A stretch of DNA of 61,877 nt, filler included, from 5 parts of 5 records of this genome joined end to end with filler, not necessarily neighbours in it, one strand, 5' to 3'; shown: positions 46,321 through 56,932, counted from the whole stretch's first letter. Notes: generated from the letters alone by a model not told the origin. Made by a program: numbers and translations.

Positions 46321-47244
46321 ATGAACAGATGGACTGCGGCAGATATGCCTCCGCAAAATGGACGTGTGGCAGTGGTCACCGGAACGGGCGGCCTGGGGTT
46401 GGAGGATGCGCTGGCCTTGGCGCGGGCCGGGGCGGAGGTGATCATTGCCGGGCGCAGTGCTCGCAAGGGTGCCCAGGCGGTGGACAGGATCCGCAGCGCG
46501 GTGCCGGGCGCCAAAGTCCAGTTCGGGGAAATCGACCTGGCAAGTCTCAAATCGGTTGCGACCTTTGTCGCACGGCTTGATCAGCAACGGAGCCATATCG
46601 ACCTCCTGATCAACAATGCCGGGGTGATGGTGCCACCGCAGCGCAGGGAAACCGCGGACGGTTTCGAGTTGCAGTTGGGGACCAATTATCTCGGGCACTT
46701 CGCCCTGACGGCGGGTTTGATGCCGCTCCTGCGCAAGAGCAAGCAACCGCGCGTGGTGACCCTTTCCAGCGTAGCGGCCCGCAATGGCCAGATCAATTTT
46801 GCCGATCTGCAATATGCGTCAAGATATGTGCCGATGGAGGCCTATGGCCAATCCAAATTGGCCTGCCTGATGTTTGCGTTCGAACTGCAGCGCAGGAGCC
46901 TGGCCGGTAATTGGGGCATCACCAGCATCGCCGCCCATCCCGGCGTGTCACGCACTGATCTGCTGCATAACGCTCCGGGGCGGATGAGCGCGCAGGGGCT
47001 GGTCAGGACCTATCTGTGGTTCCTGTTCCAGCCAGCCGCGCAGGGAGCCCTGCCGACGCTTTATGCGGCGACGGCGCCGGATGCCGAGGGCGGCGGCTAT
47101 TACGGCCCCAATGGATTGTCGGAAACCCGCGGCTATCCGGCACCATCGAAAGTGCCGCAGCAGGCGCTGGACAAAGCGGCCGCCGGCCGGCTCTGGACCC
47201 TGTCCGAGCAGATGACCGGCATCACTTTTGACGAATATGCCTGA
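46321..47244 (+). CDS. Short-chain dehydrogenase/reductase (retinol-DH/WWOX-like)
   Basis: VTGTGGLG, NNAGVM, GTNYLGHF, YGQSK. Confidence 0.92.
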   Translation: MNRWTAADMPPQNGRVAVVTGTGGLGLEDALALARAGAEVIIAGRSARKGAQAVDRIRSAVPGAKVQFGEIDLASLKSVATFVARLDQQRSHIDLLINNAGVMVPPQRRETADGFELQLGTNYLGHFALTAGLMPLLRKSKQPRVVTLSSVAARNGQINFADLQYASRYVPMEAYGQSKLACLMFAFELQRRSLAGNWGITSIAAHPGVSRTDLLHNAPGRMSAQGLVRTYLWFLFQPAAQGALPTLYAATAPDAEGGGYYGPNGLSETRGYPAPSKVPQQALDKAAAGRLWTLSEQMTGITFDEYA

Positions 47245-47247
47245 GCG

Positions 47248-47880
47248 CTATTCCGCCGCTGCGGCGACAAACCCACCATGCTTTTCAATAAAGCCAATGA
47301 TCTGGTCGAGGCTTTCGCGGCGCAGCAGGTCGGTGAAGACATAGGGCCGGCCTTCGCGCACCTTCTGCGTGTCGCTTTCCATCACCTCGAGGCTGGCGCC
47401 GACATAGGGGGCCAGGTCGGTATGGGTGATGACCAGGAGGTCCGAGCGCGATATTGCGGGGCCGCCCTTGCGCGGGATCTTTTCGCCCTGCGCGACCGAA
47501 ATCACATAGATGGTGAGATCGGCCAGGTCGGGCGAGAAGGTGGCCGCCAGATTATCGCCGCCGCTCTCGATCAGCACGATGTCCAAATCGGGAAATTTGC
47601 GGTTGAGGTCGTCGATCGCGGCCAGGTTCAGAGAGGCGTCTTCGCGGATGGCTGTATGCGGGCAACCGCCGGTTTCGACGCCGACAATGCGATCCTCGGA
47701 AATGGCCTGGGCGCGCGACAGGATCAGCGCATCTTCCTGGGTGTAGATGTCGTTCGTCACCACGGCCATGGAATAGCGCTCGCGCATCGCCTTGAGCAGC
47801 ATTTCACACAAGGTGGTCTTGCCCGAGCCGACAGGCCCGCCAATGCCGATACGCAGGGGTCCGTTAAGGCTCTTGGACAT
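47248..47880 (-). CDS. ureG: Urease accessory GTPase UreG
   Basis: [38 protein letters not shown]. Confidence 0.95.
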   Translation of the reverse strand: MSKSLNGPLRIGIGGPVGSGKTTLCEMLLKAMRERYSMAVVTNDIYTQEDALILSRAQAISEDRIVGVETGGCPHTAIREDASLNLAAIDDLNRKFPDLDIVLIESGGDNLAATFSPDLADLTIYVISVAQGEKIPRKGGPAISRSDLLVITHTDLAPYVGASLEVMESDTQKVREGRPYVFTDLLRRESLDQIIGFIEKHGGFVAAAAE

Positions 47881-47899
47881 GACTTGCTCCGTGTGTGTT

Positions 47900-48331
47900 T
47901 CAGACCAGACGCAGATAGATGAGTACCAGGAAGCCGATCCCCAGGAACAGGCAGAGCGGGGAATAGACCCGGCGGTCATTGAGTCGGAAATTCGGTTCGG
48001 GCGTCAGCCCGGCCCACCAGGGCGTAAAGCCGATGATACCACGGGCCAGGAACACGGCCGCAAAGCCGAAGCCGGCCAGATTGAGCTGCCAGCCGCCGCT
48101 ATCGTGATCGGCCAGGGCCAGGGCAAAGCAACCGGCGGTGAAGGTCGCAACGGCGACGGCGAGCGAGGCCAGCCTGGGCGGCATGCGCTCGATGTCCTTG
48201 AAGCCCACTACGGTCTGGGCCAGCAATTTCTCATCGCGAATGGGCCAGGTGCGGCCGAAGGCCCACATCAGATGGGCGATGGAGACGGCGAACAGGCCAA
48301 TGAACATGAAGGAGGCGAAAAGCATGTTCAT
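47900..48331 (-). CDS. Membrane protein (DUF3995-like)
   Basis: [28 protein letters not shown] overlap with the ureF stop. Confidence 0.7.
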   Translation of the reverse strand: MNMLFASFMFIGLFAVSIAHLMWAFGRTWPIRDEKLLAQTVVGFKDIERMPPRLASLAVAVATFTAGCFALALADHDSGGWQLNLAGFGFAAVFLARGIIGFTPWWAGLTPEPNFRLNDRRVYSPLCLFLGIGFLVLIYLRLV

Positions 48332-48984
48332 GACCGGAAAATCCTCGTCGTCAGGGTCTCGTGCCGCATCTGGGCAATATCTGCGCCATAGGCCACGCTG
48401 CCAATATCGTCCAGTGCGGCATTGCGGCACAGATCGGCCATTTGCGCGATGGCCGGTTCGAGCGCGGCCATGATGGCGAGCCCGTCATTCTGCCCGATGG
48501 GCACGAGGCGCACGGCGACGGACACCTGGCCATGAACCGTTGTAGTGAGGAAGGCGATCAGCGTATCGCGGTGCTCGATGCCATGGGCGCCGGCCAATGC
48601 GCCAACGGCGATGGGGTAGGGGCAGGGTTCAGGCAGTGGCACCGGCCTTAATGTCGGCCATGCGGCGCTGGCCAGCACAAAGGCATTGCCGGTGATGGTG
48701 GTTTCGACGTGCCGCTCATGGGCGGCGGTCAGGGCGAGGCAGAGATCGGCCAGTTCGGCCAGCTTTGCCTTGTCAGCATGAGCCTGATGGGCATGGGCGA
48801 GCAGGATCGCGTCGGTCTTGAGACTGCCGTGATGCAAGACGCCGGAAATCCAGTCCTGCGTCGTCGGGCGGTCGAACACAGCCCCCTGTGAGATGGCCGT
48901 CTCAAGGCCGGCGGACCAGGCAAAGGCCCCGACCGGGAAGGCGGGGGACATCCAGGTCAGCAGTTTTTGCAGATCGGTGCTCAC
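48328..48984 (-). CDS. ureF: Urease accessory protein UreF
   Basis: SPAFPVGAFAWSAGLE, AVRLVPIGQ, C-terminal [11 protein letters not shown]. Confidence 0.94.
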   Translation of the reverse strand: MSTDLQKLLTWMSPAFPVGAFAWSAGLETAISQGAVFDRPTTQDWISGVLHHGSLKTDAILLAHAHQAHADKAKLAELADLCLALTAAHERHVETTITGNAFVLASAAWPTLRPVPLPEPCPYPIAVGALAGAHGIEHRDTLIAFLTTTVHGQVSVAVRLVPIGQNDGLAIMAALEPAIAQMADLCRNAALDDIGSVAYGADIAQMRHETLTTRIFRS

Positions 48985-49454
48985 TTGCGGTTGAGCAGGG
49001 CGTGGCCGCCATCGCCATGGGCATGGCTGTGATAGGCACCATGCTCGGCAAAGAAGGGTTCGGTGACATTGGCGACGCTGGCGCCCAGCCCTTCCAGCAT
49101 GGTCTTGAGCACATGATCGCGCTTGATCAGGATGCGGTCGGGTTCCAGTTGCGCCGGGGTATGGCGATTGCCGATATGCCAGGCCAGGCGCAGCAAATGG
49201 CCAGCATCCCGGGCACGAATTTCGTAAAGCGGCTCCTGGGCGGCCAGCACGCCGACCAGTTCGCCGCTCTCCAGCTCCAGCGCCCCGTTGTGGTCCAGGG
49301 TCACCGTGCTGGGGAAATCCACCATGACTTCGGTGCCCTTGACGCCGGTCAGCAGCTTGCGCCGCAGCCGACGCTCGTCATGGGCCAGGGTGATGGTATC
49401 GATGATGGGTGTCTTGCCGTGATCGGCGGGCAGATGAGCTGTTGCGCGGTGCAT
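48981..49454 (-). CDS. ureE: Urease accessory nickel chaperone UreE
   Basis: LAWHIGNRH, DHVL..ML..LG, His-rich tail GAYHSHAHGDGGH. Confidence 0.93.
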   Translation of the reverse strand: MHRATAHLPADHGKTPIIDTITLAHDERRLRRKLLTGVKGTEVMVDFPSTVTLDHNGALELESGELVGVLAAQEPLYEIRARDAGHLLRLAWHIGNRHTPAQLEPDRILIKRDHVLKTMLEGLGASVANVTEPFFAEHGAYHSHAHGDGGHALLNRK

Positions 49455-49459
49455 GGAGA

Positions 49460-50047
49460 CTAACTGACCGTGTTGAAATAGCGGATGATGAGGAAGATTT
49501 GATAGGCGATATGCACCGCCACAATGCTGAGATGCAGGCGCTTGTCGGCACTGCGCCAGGCCAGGACGCAAAGCAGCAGGCCCAGCGGCACCTGGCCGAA
49601 ATAGCTCCAGTCGAACTGGGCCCAATGGGCCTGGCCCTTGATTAGCGTGTCGATGGTATCGAGCACAAAAGTGGCGCCCAACAGGCCGAAGAACCAGTGC
49701 CGCCGCTTGAGGAAGAAGTCTTCGTAGCCGGTATATTCGGAGATGGATTCGGGCGAGAGCAGAGCCGTCATCAGAAACAGCGTGGTGGCATAGCCCATGA
49801 TGAAGAGCACGAGGCCGAAGTGCCAGACGGCGATCTCGTGCAGCGCAAATTCCCACCACCAGAACAGCACCAGCTCAAGCAGCATCGAGCCGATCCAGAG
49901 CAGGTGCAAAAGCGAACGTTTCGCCCGGTGGGGATGCTGGATAATACCGGCAATCGTCATCAGCAGCCGGGTGATCCCCAGACCGATGATCGTGCCCATG
50001 ACGATGCGCACATGGGGAAACAGTTGCTGGGAAATGTCGGGCACCAT
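49460..50047 (-). CDS. Uncharacterised integral membrane protein
   Basis: About 6 hydrophobic segments, IIGLGITRLL, FWWWEF; tightly packed within the operon. Confidence 0.75.
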   Translation of the reverse strand: MVPDISQQLFPHVRIVMGTIIGLGITRLLMTIAGIIQHPHRAKRSLLHLLWIGSMLLELVLFWWWEFALHEIAVWHFGLVLFIMGYATTLFLMTALLSPESISEYTGYEDFFLKRRHWFFGLLGATFVLDTIDTLIKGQAHWAQFDWSYFGQVPLGLLLCVLAWRSADKRLHLSIVAVHIAYQIFLIIRYFNTVS

Positions 50048-50054
50048 AGACAGC

Positions 50055-50477
50055 TCAGGGCGTGTTGCTGGCTTCTGTACAGGTGACGAGCGGCTCGGCG
50101 TCCTCGTCCTGCATCAGGTCGCGCAGGGTGGCTTCGCCCTGATGGCTCCACCATTCATAGGGCCCCGAAACATAGCGCGCACCCGAGGCCGAAAGTGTGG
50201 TCGCGAAGACCAGGCTTTGACCTTCGAGTGGTACAATGGCCAGGAAATTGGGGGCGGCGTTGATGTATTGCACGTTCAACGCAGAATCGTCGTCGCAGAG
50301 ATAGCTGACGGTGCGGCGCTCGATATTGCTGGCGCTTTCCAGCGTCAGGGTCAGCGCGGCCGAAGCTGCAGGCGTCGTCGGCACCGTGGCGAGCGTGGTG
50401 ACATCGGCCTGGGCGAAAGCTGTCGGAATGGCGAGCAGGGAAAATCCGACGGCAAGCAGGGCTTTGGGCGAGAGCAT
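50055..50477 (-). CDS. MliC/PliC-family lysozyme inhibitor-like protein
   Basis: Signal peptide, YLC, SASGARY, WWSHQGEA, C-terminal Cys. Confidence 0.8.
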   Translation of the reverse strand: MLSPKALLAVGFSLLAIPTAFAQADVTTLATVPTTPAASAALTLTLESASNIERRTVSYLCDDDSALNVQYINAAPNFLAIVPLEGQSLVFATTLSASGARYVSGPYEWWSHQGEATLRDLMQDEDAEPLVTCTEASNTP

Positions 50478-50571
50478 GGAAATGTCCTTTGGCAGCAGGG
50501 GACGACGCAGGGCAGTCATTGCACACCCATAATCATGGCGTTTGCGGGGAGAGACAATCTCTGCTGACCGA

Positions 50572-50853
50572 TCAGCCATTGAACCGCTGTGCCAGATCTT
50601 CGAAGTCTCCCTGCGAGGCAAGGTGAATTTCCCGGATGATCCGCAGAATTGGCTTCAAGGCGAAGAAGGCCGATCCAACCACAAAGCACCAGATCGCGGG
50701 GGTTTCGAGTGAATTGTAGAAGAACATTATCGACCCGACGAGGAACAGCAGGGCAGCCGCAACATCGATCAGCGTGTAGGCCAGTTCGTAAAGCGCATAG
50801 AGCTTGCGCTGCGAGGGTGTCCGGGTCCCGCGGTCGCGCTGGAAATAGGGCAT
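50572..50853 (-). CDS. YrhK-like small membrane protein
   Basis: YELAYT..D..AA..F.VGS..FF......W.FVVGS..F..KP; GAGGAG RBS. Confidence 0.75.
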   Translation of the reverse strand: MPYFQRDRGTRTPSQRKLYALYELAYTLIDVAAALLFLVGSIMFFYNSLETPAIWCFVVGSAFFALKPILRIIREIHLASQGDFEDLAQRFNG

Positions 50854-50986
50854 GGTCTGGCTCCTCGATTCTTGCACGGTCTATCTTGCCCGAGGGGAGT
50901 GACAGAGTGAAAGCTCTCGCGGGAAAAGAGGGTTCCGCCCTATTAGTCCAACAGTTGCCGGCTCGCGAACAACAATTGCTTCGCCA

Positions 50987-51569
50987 TCAGAACAGGAAAT
51001 AGCGCTGCGCCATGGGCAATACCGTCGCCGGCTCACAGGTCAGCAATTCGCCGTCGGCACGGACCTCATAGGTTTCCGGGTGCACGTCGATTTCCGGGGT
51101 CGCCGTATTGAGCTTCATGGCCGCCTTGCCAATGCCGCCACGGGTATTGGAGACAGGCAGCAATTGCTTGTCGACGCCGAGGCGGTTGCGGAGGCCTGCG
51201 TCATGCGCGGCCTGGGAGATGAAGACAACCGATGAGCGGCTGACCAGCTTGCCATAGGCGCCGAACATGGGCCGGTAGTGCATGGGCTGCGGTGTCGGGA
51301 TCGAGGCGTTGGGATCGCCCATGGGCGCAGCCGCAATGGAGCCGCCAAGCAGCACCATTTCGGGCTTCACGCCAAAAAAGGCCGGGTTCCAGAGCACCAG
51401 ATCAGCGCGCTTGCCCACTTCCACCGAGCCGATGTGCTGGCTCATGCCATGCGCGATAGCCGGGTTGATGGTGTATTTGGCGACGTAGCGACGGACGCGG
51501 AAATTGTCATTGTCGCCGGTTTCCTGCGGCAGGCGTCCACGCTGGCGCTTCATCTTGTCGGCGGTCTGC
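50987..51569 (-). CDS. ureC: Urease subunit alpha, C-terminal part
   Basis: [45 protein letters not shown]. Confidence 0.96.
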
Positions 51570-51669
51570 NNNNNNNNNNNNNNNNNNNNNNNNNNNNNNN
51601 NNNNNNNNNNNNNTTAATTAATTAANNNNNNNNNNNNNNNNNNNNNNNNNNNNNNNNNNNNNNNNNNNN
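51570..51669. other. Artificial contig spacer
   Basis: N-run + TTAATTAATTAA + N-run. Confidence 0.98.
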
Positions 51670-52418
51670 CGCGCACTCATGGCCAAATCATCGACCTTCT
51701 CGGCAGTATCGTCTTTGGCCTTCTTATCTGACTTGTCCTTCTTGTCAGCCTTGTCAGCCTTATCCTTCTTCTTGTCTACTGGTGGTTCATCTCCAACGGG
51801 GGTCTTGCGGTCTTTCTTCTCATCAGGCAGAGGGGTCTTTCGGTCACTCTTGTCCTTCTTCTCCTTCTTGTCAGCCTTCGTGGGAGATGTCGGGGAGGTG
51901 GGCTCCTTGTCCTTCTTATCTTTTGTTGGACTACTACCTACAAGGGCATCAAACCTAGAGGCCGCCTTGGGGTCCTCCACTAGGGTCTTAGGCATACGCA
52001 TTTTAACTGTGCAGTCGGAGGGCTTCTTAAAGGCACCGGTAGTCATAGTGATAGACTTGGCAGCAAGTGCCTTTCCTAGCCCCTCGGCCAGGGGACCACA
52101 TGCATCCCCCGAAAAGATTACATCATCAGCGGCGCCCTTCATCTGGATGATGATGAATAGGGAGGACTTCTCGTCCTTGAGGGCCTTCTGGGAGCCGGCA
52201 TCGGCATTGGTGCCTACCTTGTCCATCAGCTCCACGTCCAAGGCAGCCACAGGGGCACCATCGGCCTTACCAATATACAAAGTAGTAGCGGTGAGCATTG
52301 CGGCATGATCTAACTTCTTCCCATCGACCACGTGCTTAGCGGGGCCACAGAAGTAGAGGGGCTCGGCCCCGTGCTTTACGAATGGGGCAGCGGGGGGTAC
52401 AGTAGGAATACCGTCCAT
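51670..52418 (-). CDS. Eukaryotic hypothetical protein, possible PH-like domain followed by a Lys/Asp-rich region; truncated
   Basis: ATG 52418 follows a polypyrimidine tract and AG; beta-rich N-half; KKDK repeats. Confidence 0.65.
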
Positions 52419-52559
52419 GTATAAATCTATAAATATGTGCTTAGGGTGGAAAGAGAGAGAGGGAGGGATACAAATGGCAAGTATGGGATGGTATAAAATA
52501 GACACATTTACCTAACAGTCAAATGGAATTGTATAGAGAGATTTGAGATGTTGTGTTAC

Positions 52560-53444
52560 TTACTGGGCAGGCAGTTTGCCTACCTCGTCGCTAGCACCCG
52601 AGTACCAGTCGCCATCACCAGTACCACCGGTAGCCTGCTCCTTGAGAGTGGCCACCCTATCGTACTTGGTGGGGGTGGTGGTCACCGACACGCTACCCTC
52701 ACCATCCTCATCCATAAAGGAGAAGAGAGACTCGGAGGTAAGATCGTCGGAGGGGGCCTCGGGGGCCTTGGTACCCTCTGTCCACTTCGATCCGACATCG
52801 AGGGGGGAGTCTAAAGCAGCCTGAGCACGCATGTCGCTTGATAGCACGGAGGCGTGGTGGGGTGCGAAGCGGTTAGCCCGCATATGGGACAGGGCCCCTA
52901 CTACTGCCGATGCCTCCCTCATGGTGATGAAGTTACCACTGAGCTTAGCCTCCTCGGCCTGGATGGCTGAGACACGCTTCTTGGTGGCCATCTGCTGTTG
53001 GTACTCCTCCAAGGCCATCTTGAGGGCATTCTCGTGGGAGGCACCGTTGGAGGTTAGTTTAAAGTATTTCCTCTCCATCTCGTCGATGGGCTTCTTGATC
53101 CAGAATAGATTGTAGTAACGCATACCCTCAGATGCCAGGGTACGAGACCTACGGCCCAACTCGGCCCTAACCGCAGCTCTGGTCTCGTCCAGCTCGGAGC
53201 GTACCTGTGTCGCGTCCCCCTCGTTGTGGGGGTTGAGGGTCTGCTCCTCGTGGAAACTGCTCTGGGGAGGGAACATACGGAAATGGTTATACCACTCTGG
53301 GGGGATGTAGAAGCCGGTACCCACCAACCTACCCATTGCCCTAAGGTGGGCCCAGGGCTCGTATTTAACATTCCACGAGTCGAACTCGGGTGCCATTGCT
53401 AAATTCTTAGGCATCTTCCATGCCACTACCCTTGTCGACTTCAT
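52560..53444 (-). CDS. Probable mitochondrial ribosomal protein mS23 (Rsm25 family)
   Basis: N-terminal RL..TG...PPEWYNHFRMFPP resembles the mS23 P.WY......PP motif. Confidence 0.6.
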   Translation of the reverse strand: MKSTRVVAWKMPKNLAMAPEFDSWNVKYEPWAHLRAMGRLVGTGFYIPPEWYNHFRMFPPQSSFHEEQTLNPHNEGDATQVRSELDETRAAVRAELGRRSRTLASEGMRYYNLFWIKKPIDEMERKYFKLTSNGASHENALKMALEEYQQQMATKKRVSAIQAEEAKLSGNFITMREASAVVGALSHMRANRFAPHHASVLSSDMRAQAALDSPLDVGSKWTEGTKAPEAPSDDLTSESLFSFMDEDGEGSVSVTTTPTKYDRVATLKEQATGGTGDGDWYSGASDEVGKLPAQ

Positions 53445-53634
53445 TGCTAGATCTAGGCTACTATATAGAGAAGGAGGAGTATTAGTACAAGGAGGGGAGG
53501 GTAATAATCATATAAAGATAGAGATGGAATTTACGAGGTGCAGCAATAATAACAAGACAGAAAAGAGATATCAACAATGCAATAGTGGAAAAGCGAACGA
53601 GCAAAAATCCTGCGTTGGGGGACCATCCCTATCA

Positions 53635-54300
53635 TTACGAAGATGACGAGGAGGAGGCAGGAGTGCGGAGGGCAGCATATATATCGTCGTGGACCGCTCG
53701 TATTTGTCGGAGAAGCTCCTCCTTACGGGCATGCACATCCAGGAGGGCCTTACAATCAGCCGATAGGGGCCCCCTGGGGACGGTATCCCTGTTGGTAGCG
53801 GATACCGGCTTGGTAGACTGGGTACCATAGTCGGTAAACACCTCTACCGTCCTCTGCATTGCCTTGTAGGCGCTATCCTGCAAACTATCGATGATGAGGG
53901 GTACCTCCCATGCCGCGGTGTTGGGGGCATTGGGGTCAGAGGGAGGGCCTGACACGGGTACGATATAATACATGGAATAGTGTATATGGAGGGTACTAGC
54001 GTCGGCGGAGGATTGGGGCGGTGAGTGTGATACGAATAGAAGGTAGCACCCACCTGGGTATGACCCCTGTGCATGTATTATGTCCTCGGGGGTAGGCTCC
54101 TTACACTCCCCCAGAGAGGCCCTGCAGACAATGACACCGAGGGGTATACCACTAGCCGATTTACCACCTAGTACTCCAATAGACGAACCCACAATGTACG
54201 AGGCCTCATAGTCAGCATCATCCCTTGCAACCGTCTTGGACTGTTGTCTGCCGTGTAGGGTAAACCGAGCGCATAGTCCCTCGGAGGGGGGTAGACTCAT
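53635..54300 (-). CDS. Eukaryotic hypothetical protein
   Basis: ORF in the same-strand gene array; start uncertain. Confidence 0.5.
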   Translation of the reverse strand: MSLPPSEGLCARFTLHGRQQSKTVARDDADYEASYIVGSSIGVLGGKSASGIPLGVIVCRASLGECKEPTPEDIIHAQGSYPGGCYLLFVSHSPPQSSADASTLHIHYSMYYIVPVSGPPSDPNAPNTAAWEVPLIIDSLQDSAYKAMQRTVEVFTDYGTQSTKPVSATNRDTVPRGPLSADCKALLDVHARKEELLRQIRAVHDDIYAALRTPASSSSSS

Positions 54301-54642
54301 TGCCGAATTGATAAGAGTGGCTAGTAGGGTACCGGGTAGGACGGCCCATTCACACGGACTAATAGTATGTGAGTTGGGCATATATTTTGTTGTATTGGAA
54401 TATAAAGATGAGATGAACTTTACAGATGAAAGGGAGGGAAAAGGTGTTAAAATGGTAAAATACAAGGGCACAGATATGTAATAAATATCAGCCGACGAGT
54501 TACTTTGATAACAGTGATGAACGTTGTTGCCGAAACAACTTACAATTGGTGCCCCCCTCCCACACCCACCCGCTCTCTGTGAGGGGGGTTAATCAGGAGG
54601 GGGGCATTCCTTTTCTCTTTACTACACTACAGCAATCGGTAT

Positions 54643-56142
54643 CTAGAGGAGGTACTTGGTAAGGTCGACCTTGTTGATGAGGCCCTCTACCGCCTTGCGT
54701 ACATACTCCCCATCGACGACAACCTTCTCCCCCTTCTTATCGGGGGCGTTGAAGGAGAGGTCCTCCATAACCTTCTCGGTGATGGTGATAAGACGACGAG
54801 CACCAATGTTCTGAACGGTACTGTTGACGTGGGCGGCAATTCGGGCAATCTCCATCTTGGCGTCATCGGTGACCTCGAGCTCGACTCCCTCAGTGGCCAG
54901 CATGGCGACGTGTTGGTTGACAAGGTTGTACTTGGGCTCCGTGATGATCCTGTAGAAGTCCTCCTTGGAAAGGGGCTTGAGGTGCACGCGGATGGGAAGA
55001 CGGCCCTGGAGCTCGGCCAGCATATCACTAACCTTCACGCTGTGGAAGGCACCACTGCAGATGAAGAGGATCTTATCGGTCTTGATCTGGACGTTGTTCT
55101 TTGTGGTGACGGTGGTACCCTCGACGAGGGGGAGGAGATCCTGCTGGACACCCTCGGCACTAGCCTGGGGGCCCTTGTATCCAGAGGCGGGGGTAACGAT
55201 CTTGTCGATCTCGTCGATGACCACGATACCCTCCTCCTCGCAGGACCTAAGGGCCTCCTTCTGGACATCAGCAGTCTCAACCATCTTCTGGAGCTCCTCC
55301 TGCAGCACGACGGGCATGGCCTCCTTGATCTTCATGTTTCGCTTCACCAGGCGCTGACGCTTGGCACCCATGCCGATCATGGCAGAGATGTCGAAGGCGA
55401 TCTGGGCACCGTCGGGGGTAGCAGAAGACTTGGGGGTCTCCTTCTTCTCCTGCACATCAATCATCACCTCAAGGTCATCTAGGACACCATTACGGAGGTG
55501 GCCACGGAACTGACCAGCATCACCGGCAAGGGCCTGGAGGATACGGTCCTCGGCACGTTGCTTAGCGGTCTCCTCGAAGCGCTTCATGAGAACCTTCTCG
55601 GTCTGGTTAAGGGCGGCCTTGTAGAGGTCATCAATGATGGTCTCGACATCACGGCCGTGGAATCCAACCTCGGTGAACTTGGTGGCCTCCACCTTGATGA
55701 AGGGGGCGTCCACAAGCTTGGCGAGGCGGCGAGCAATCTCGGTCTTTCCGACACCAGTGGGGCCAACCATGAGGATGTTCTTGGGGGCAATCTCCTCCCT
55801 GATGTCCTCGGCCACCTGCTGCCGACGCCAACGGTTACGGAGGGCGATAGCGACGGCCTTCTTGGCGTCGCCCTGACCTACAATGTGCTTATCTAATTCG
55901 CCCATTAGCTGCTTGGGGCGCATATCGCGGACTGAAACCTCCTCCTCGCCCTCAGTGGCCTTGGGGGGCACGACAGCCTCCTCCTCGGGCTTGGCGGTGT
56001 CCTTAGCGTCCTTCTTATCATCGGACTTGTCCTTCTTCTTGGGGGCGGCAAGGGAGGCAGTTGTGGAGAAACTGCGCACACCAGCAAATGATAGGGGGAC
56101 CGCGGGGGAGCGGACGGCCCGGAGGGATACTGAGCGGAACAT
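54643..56142 (-). CDS. hslU: Mitochondrial HslU (ClpY) AAA+ ATPase
   Basis: AVAIALRNRWRR, PKNILMVGPTGVGKTEIARRLA, KVEATKFTEVG, IDEIDKI, ELQGRLPIR, NIGARRL, tail DLTKYLL; Arg/Ser-rich presequence MFRSVSLR...RSFST. Confidence 0.95.
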   Translation of the reverse strand: MFRSVSLRAVRSPAVPLSFAGVRSFSTTASLAAPKKKDKSDDKKDAKDTAKPEEEAVVPPKATEGEEEVSVRDMRPKQLMGELDKHIVGQGDAKKAVAIALRNRWRRQQVAEDIREEIAPKNILMVGPTGVGKTEIARRLAKLVDAPFIKVEATKFTEVGFHGRDVETIIDDLYKAALNQTEKVLMKRFEETAKQRAEDRILQALAGDAGQFRGHLRNGVLDDLEVMIDVQEKKETPKSSATPDGAQIAFDISAMIGMGAKRQRLVKRNMKIKEAMPVVLQEELQKMVETADVQKEALRSCEEEGIVVIDEIDKIVTPASGYKGPQASAEGVQQDLLPLVEGTTVTTKNNVQIKTDKILFICSGAFHSVKVSDMLAELQGRLPIRVHLKPLSKEDFYRIITEPKYNLVNQHVAMLATEGVELEVTDDAKMEIARIAAHVNSTVQNIGARRLITITEKVMEDLSFNAPDKKGEKVVVDGEYVRKAVEGLINKVDLTKYLL

Positions 56143-56437
56143 ACTTAAAAGGGCAATAGATGGGGAAAGTTAAAATGAAACCAACATGAACAAATACATA
56201 AATCCATAAGTTTATTAAAACAAATAGTTGAAATTGAGCGGTGTGTAGTAGTCAGCATGGGTATAGTGTGTGTGATTAGGGGCTAGTAATTGAGGGCGCG
56301 CAGGGATGCAGCGCCGACGTGCCGAAGTAGCCAAAGTAGGGGGAAGGGGGCGGTAAATAGAGGGATCTAGCATGTGTAGTGGGGCTGTGGTACAGAAGTA
56401 AAGTAATATGGGGGTGGTACCGGCCGGCGTGGTCACA

Positions 56438-56932
56438 CTACTTCTTGATAAGGTCGAGAAGTAACTGACGGCCGCGGTTAACCAGCATCTCGTTCCGGCG
56501 CTCGGGGGTAAGACCGGCACCAGAGGAGGCAGCGTGTACAGGGACATCAGCGTTGTGGCGCTTGAGTGAGTCCAAAAGGATAATCTTCCTGTTGACAACG
56601 GACAACTTCAAAAAGAAGTTCAACGACATCTGGTGGTCCTGGAGGAGCATGGTCTCTAGGTCGATACCAGCGGTGGCGGTACGGACGCAAGGAGCAGCGC
56701 GGAGGTAGTTGGTGACCATGCCGTTGAGGCGGGAGTCGTTGCCACAAACCTGAAGAAGGAAGGTGGTAGGGTTGGGGCGCTCGTACTTCGAAAGAGTGTC
56801 CTTGGCCTGCTGGGTGGAGGCCACCTGCTTAGCAGAACTTGCGTGCTGCTGAAGCATGTAGGTTACCAGGGGGGCGGCAGCGGCAACGGTGACGTTGGGC
56901 TTGCAGACGTAGCGGGTAACTCCGGCGAACAT
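56438..56932 (-). CDS. Hypothetical protein with a probable mitochondrial presequence
   Basis: MFAGVTRY... N-terminus without acidic residues; GC3-rich codons like neighbours; polypyrimidine tract upstream. Confidence 0.7.
   Translation of the reverse strand: MFAGVTRYVCKPNVTVAAAAPLVTYMLQQHASSAKQVASTQQAKDTLSKYERPNPTTFLLQVCGNDSRLNGMVTNYLRAAPCVRTATAGIDLETMLLQDHQMSLNFFLKLSVVNRKIILLDSLKRHNADVPVHAASSGAGLTPERRNEMLVNRGRQLLLDLIKK

Noticed and set aside
54643-56142. hslU as evidence of a bacterial contig or recent horizontal transfer
   Set aside because: It has a mitochondrial presequence and eukaryotic neighbours; mitochondrial HslU is established in kinetoplastids
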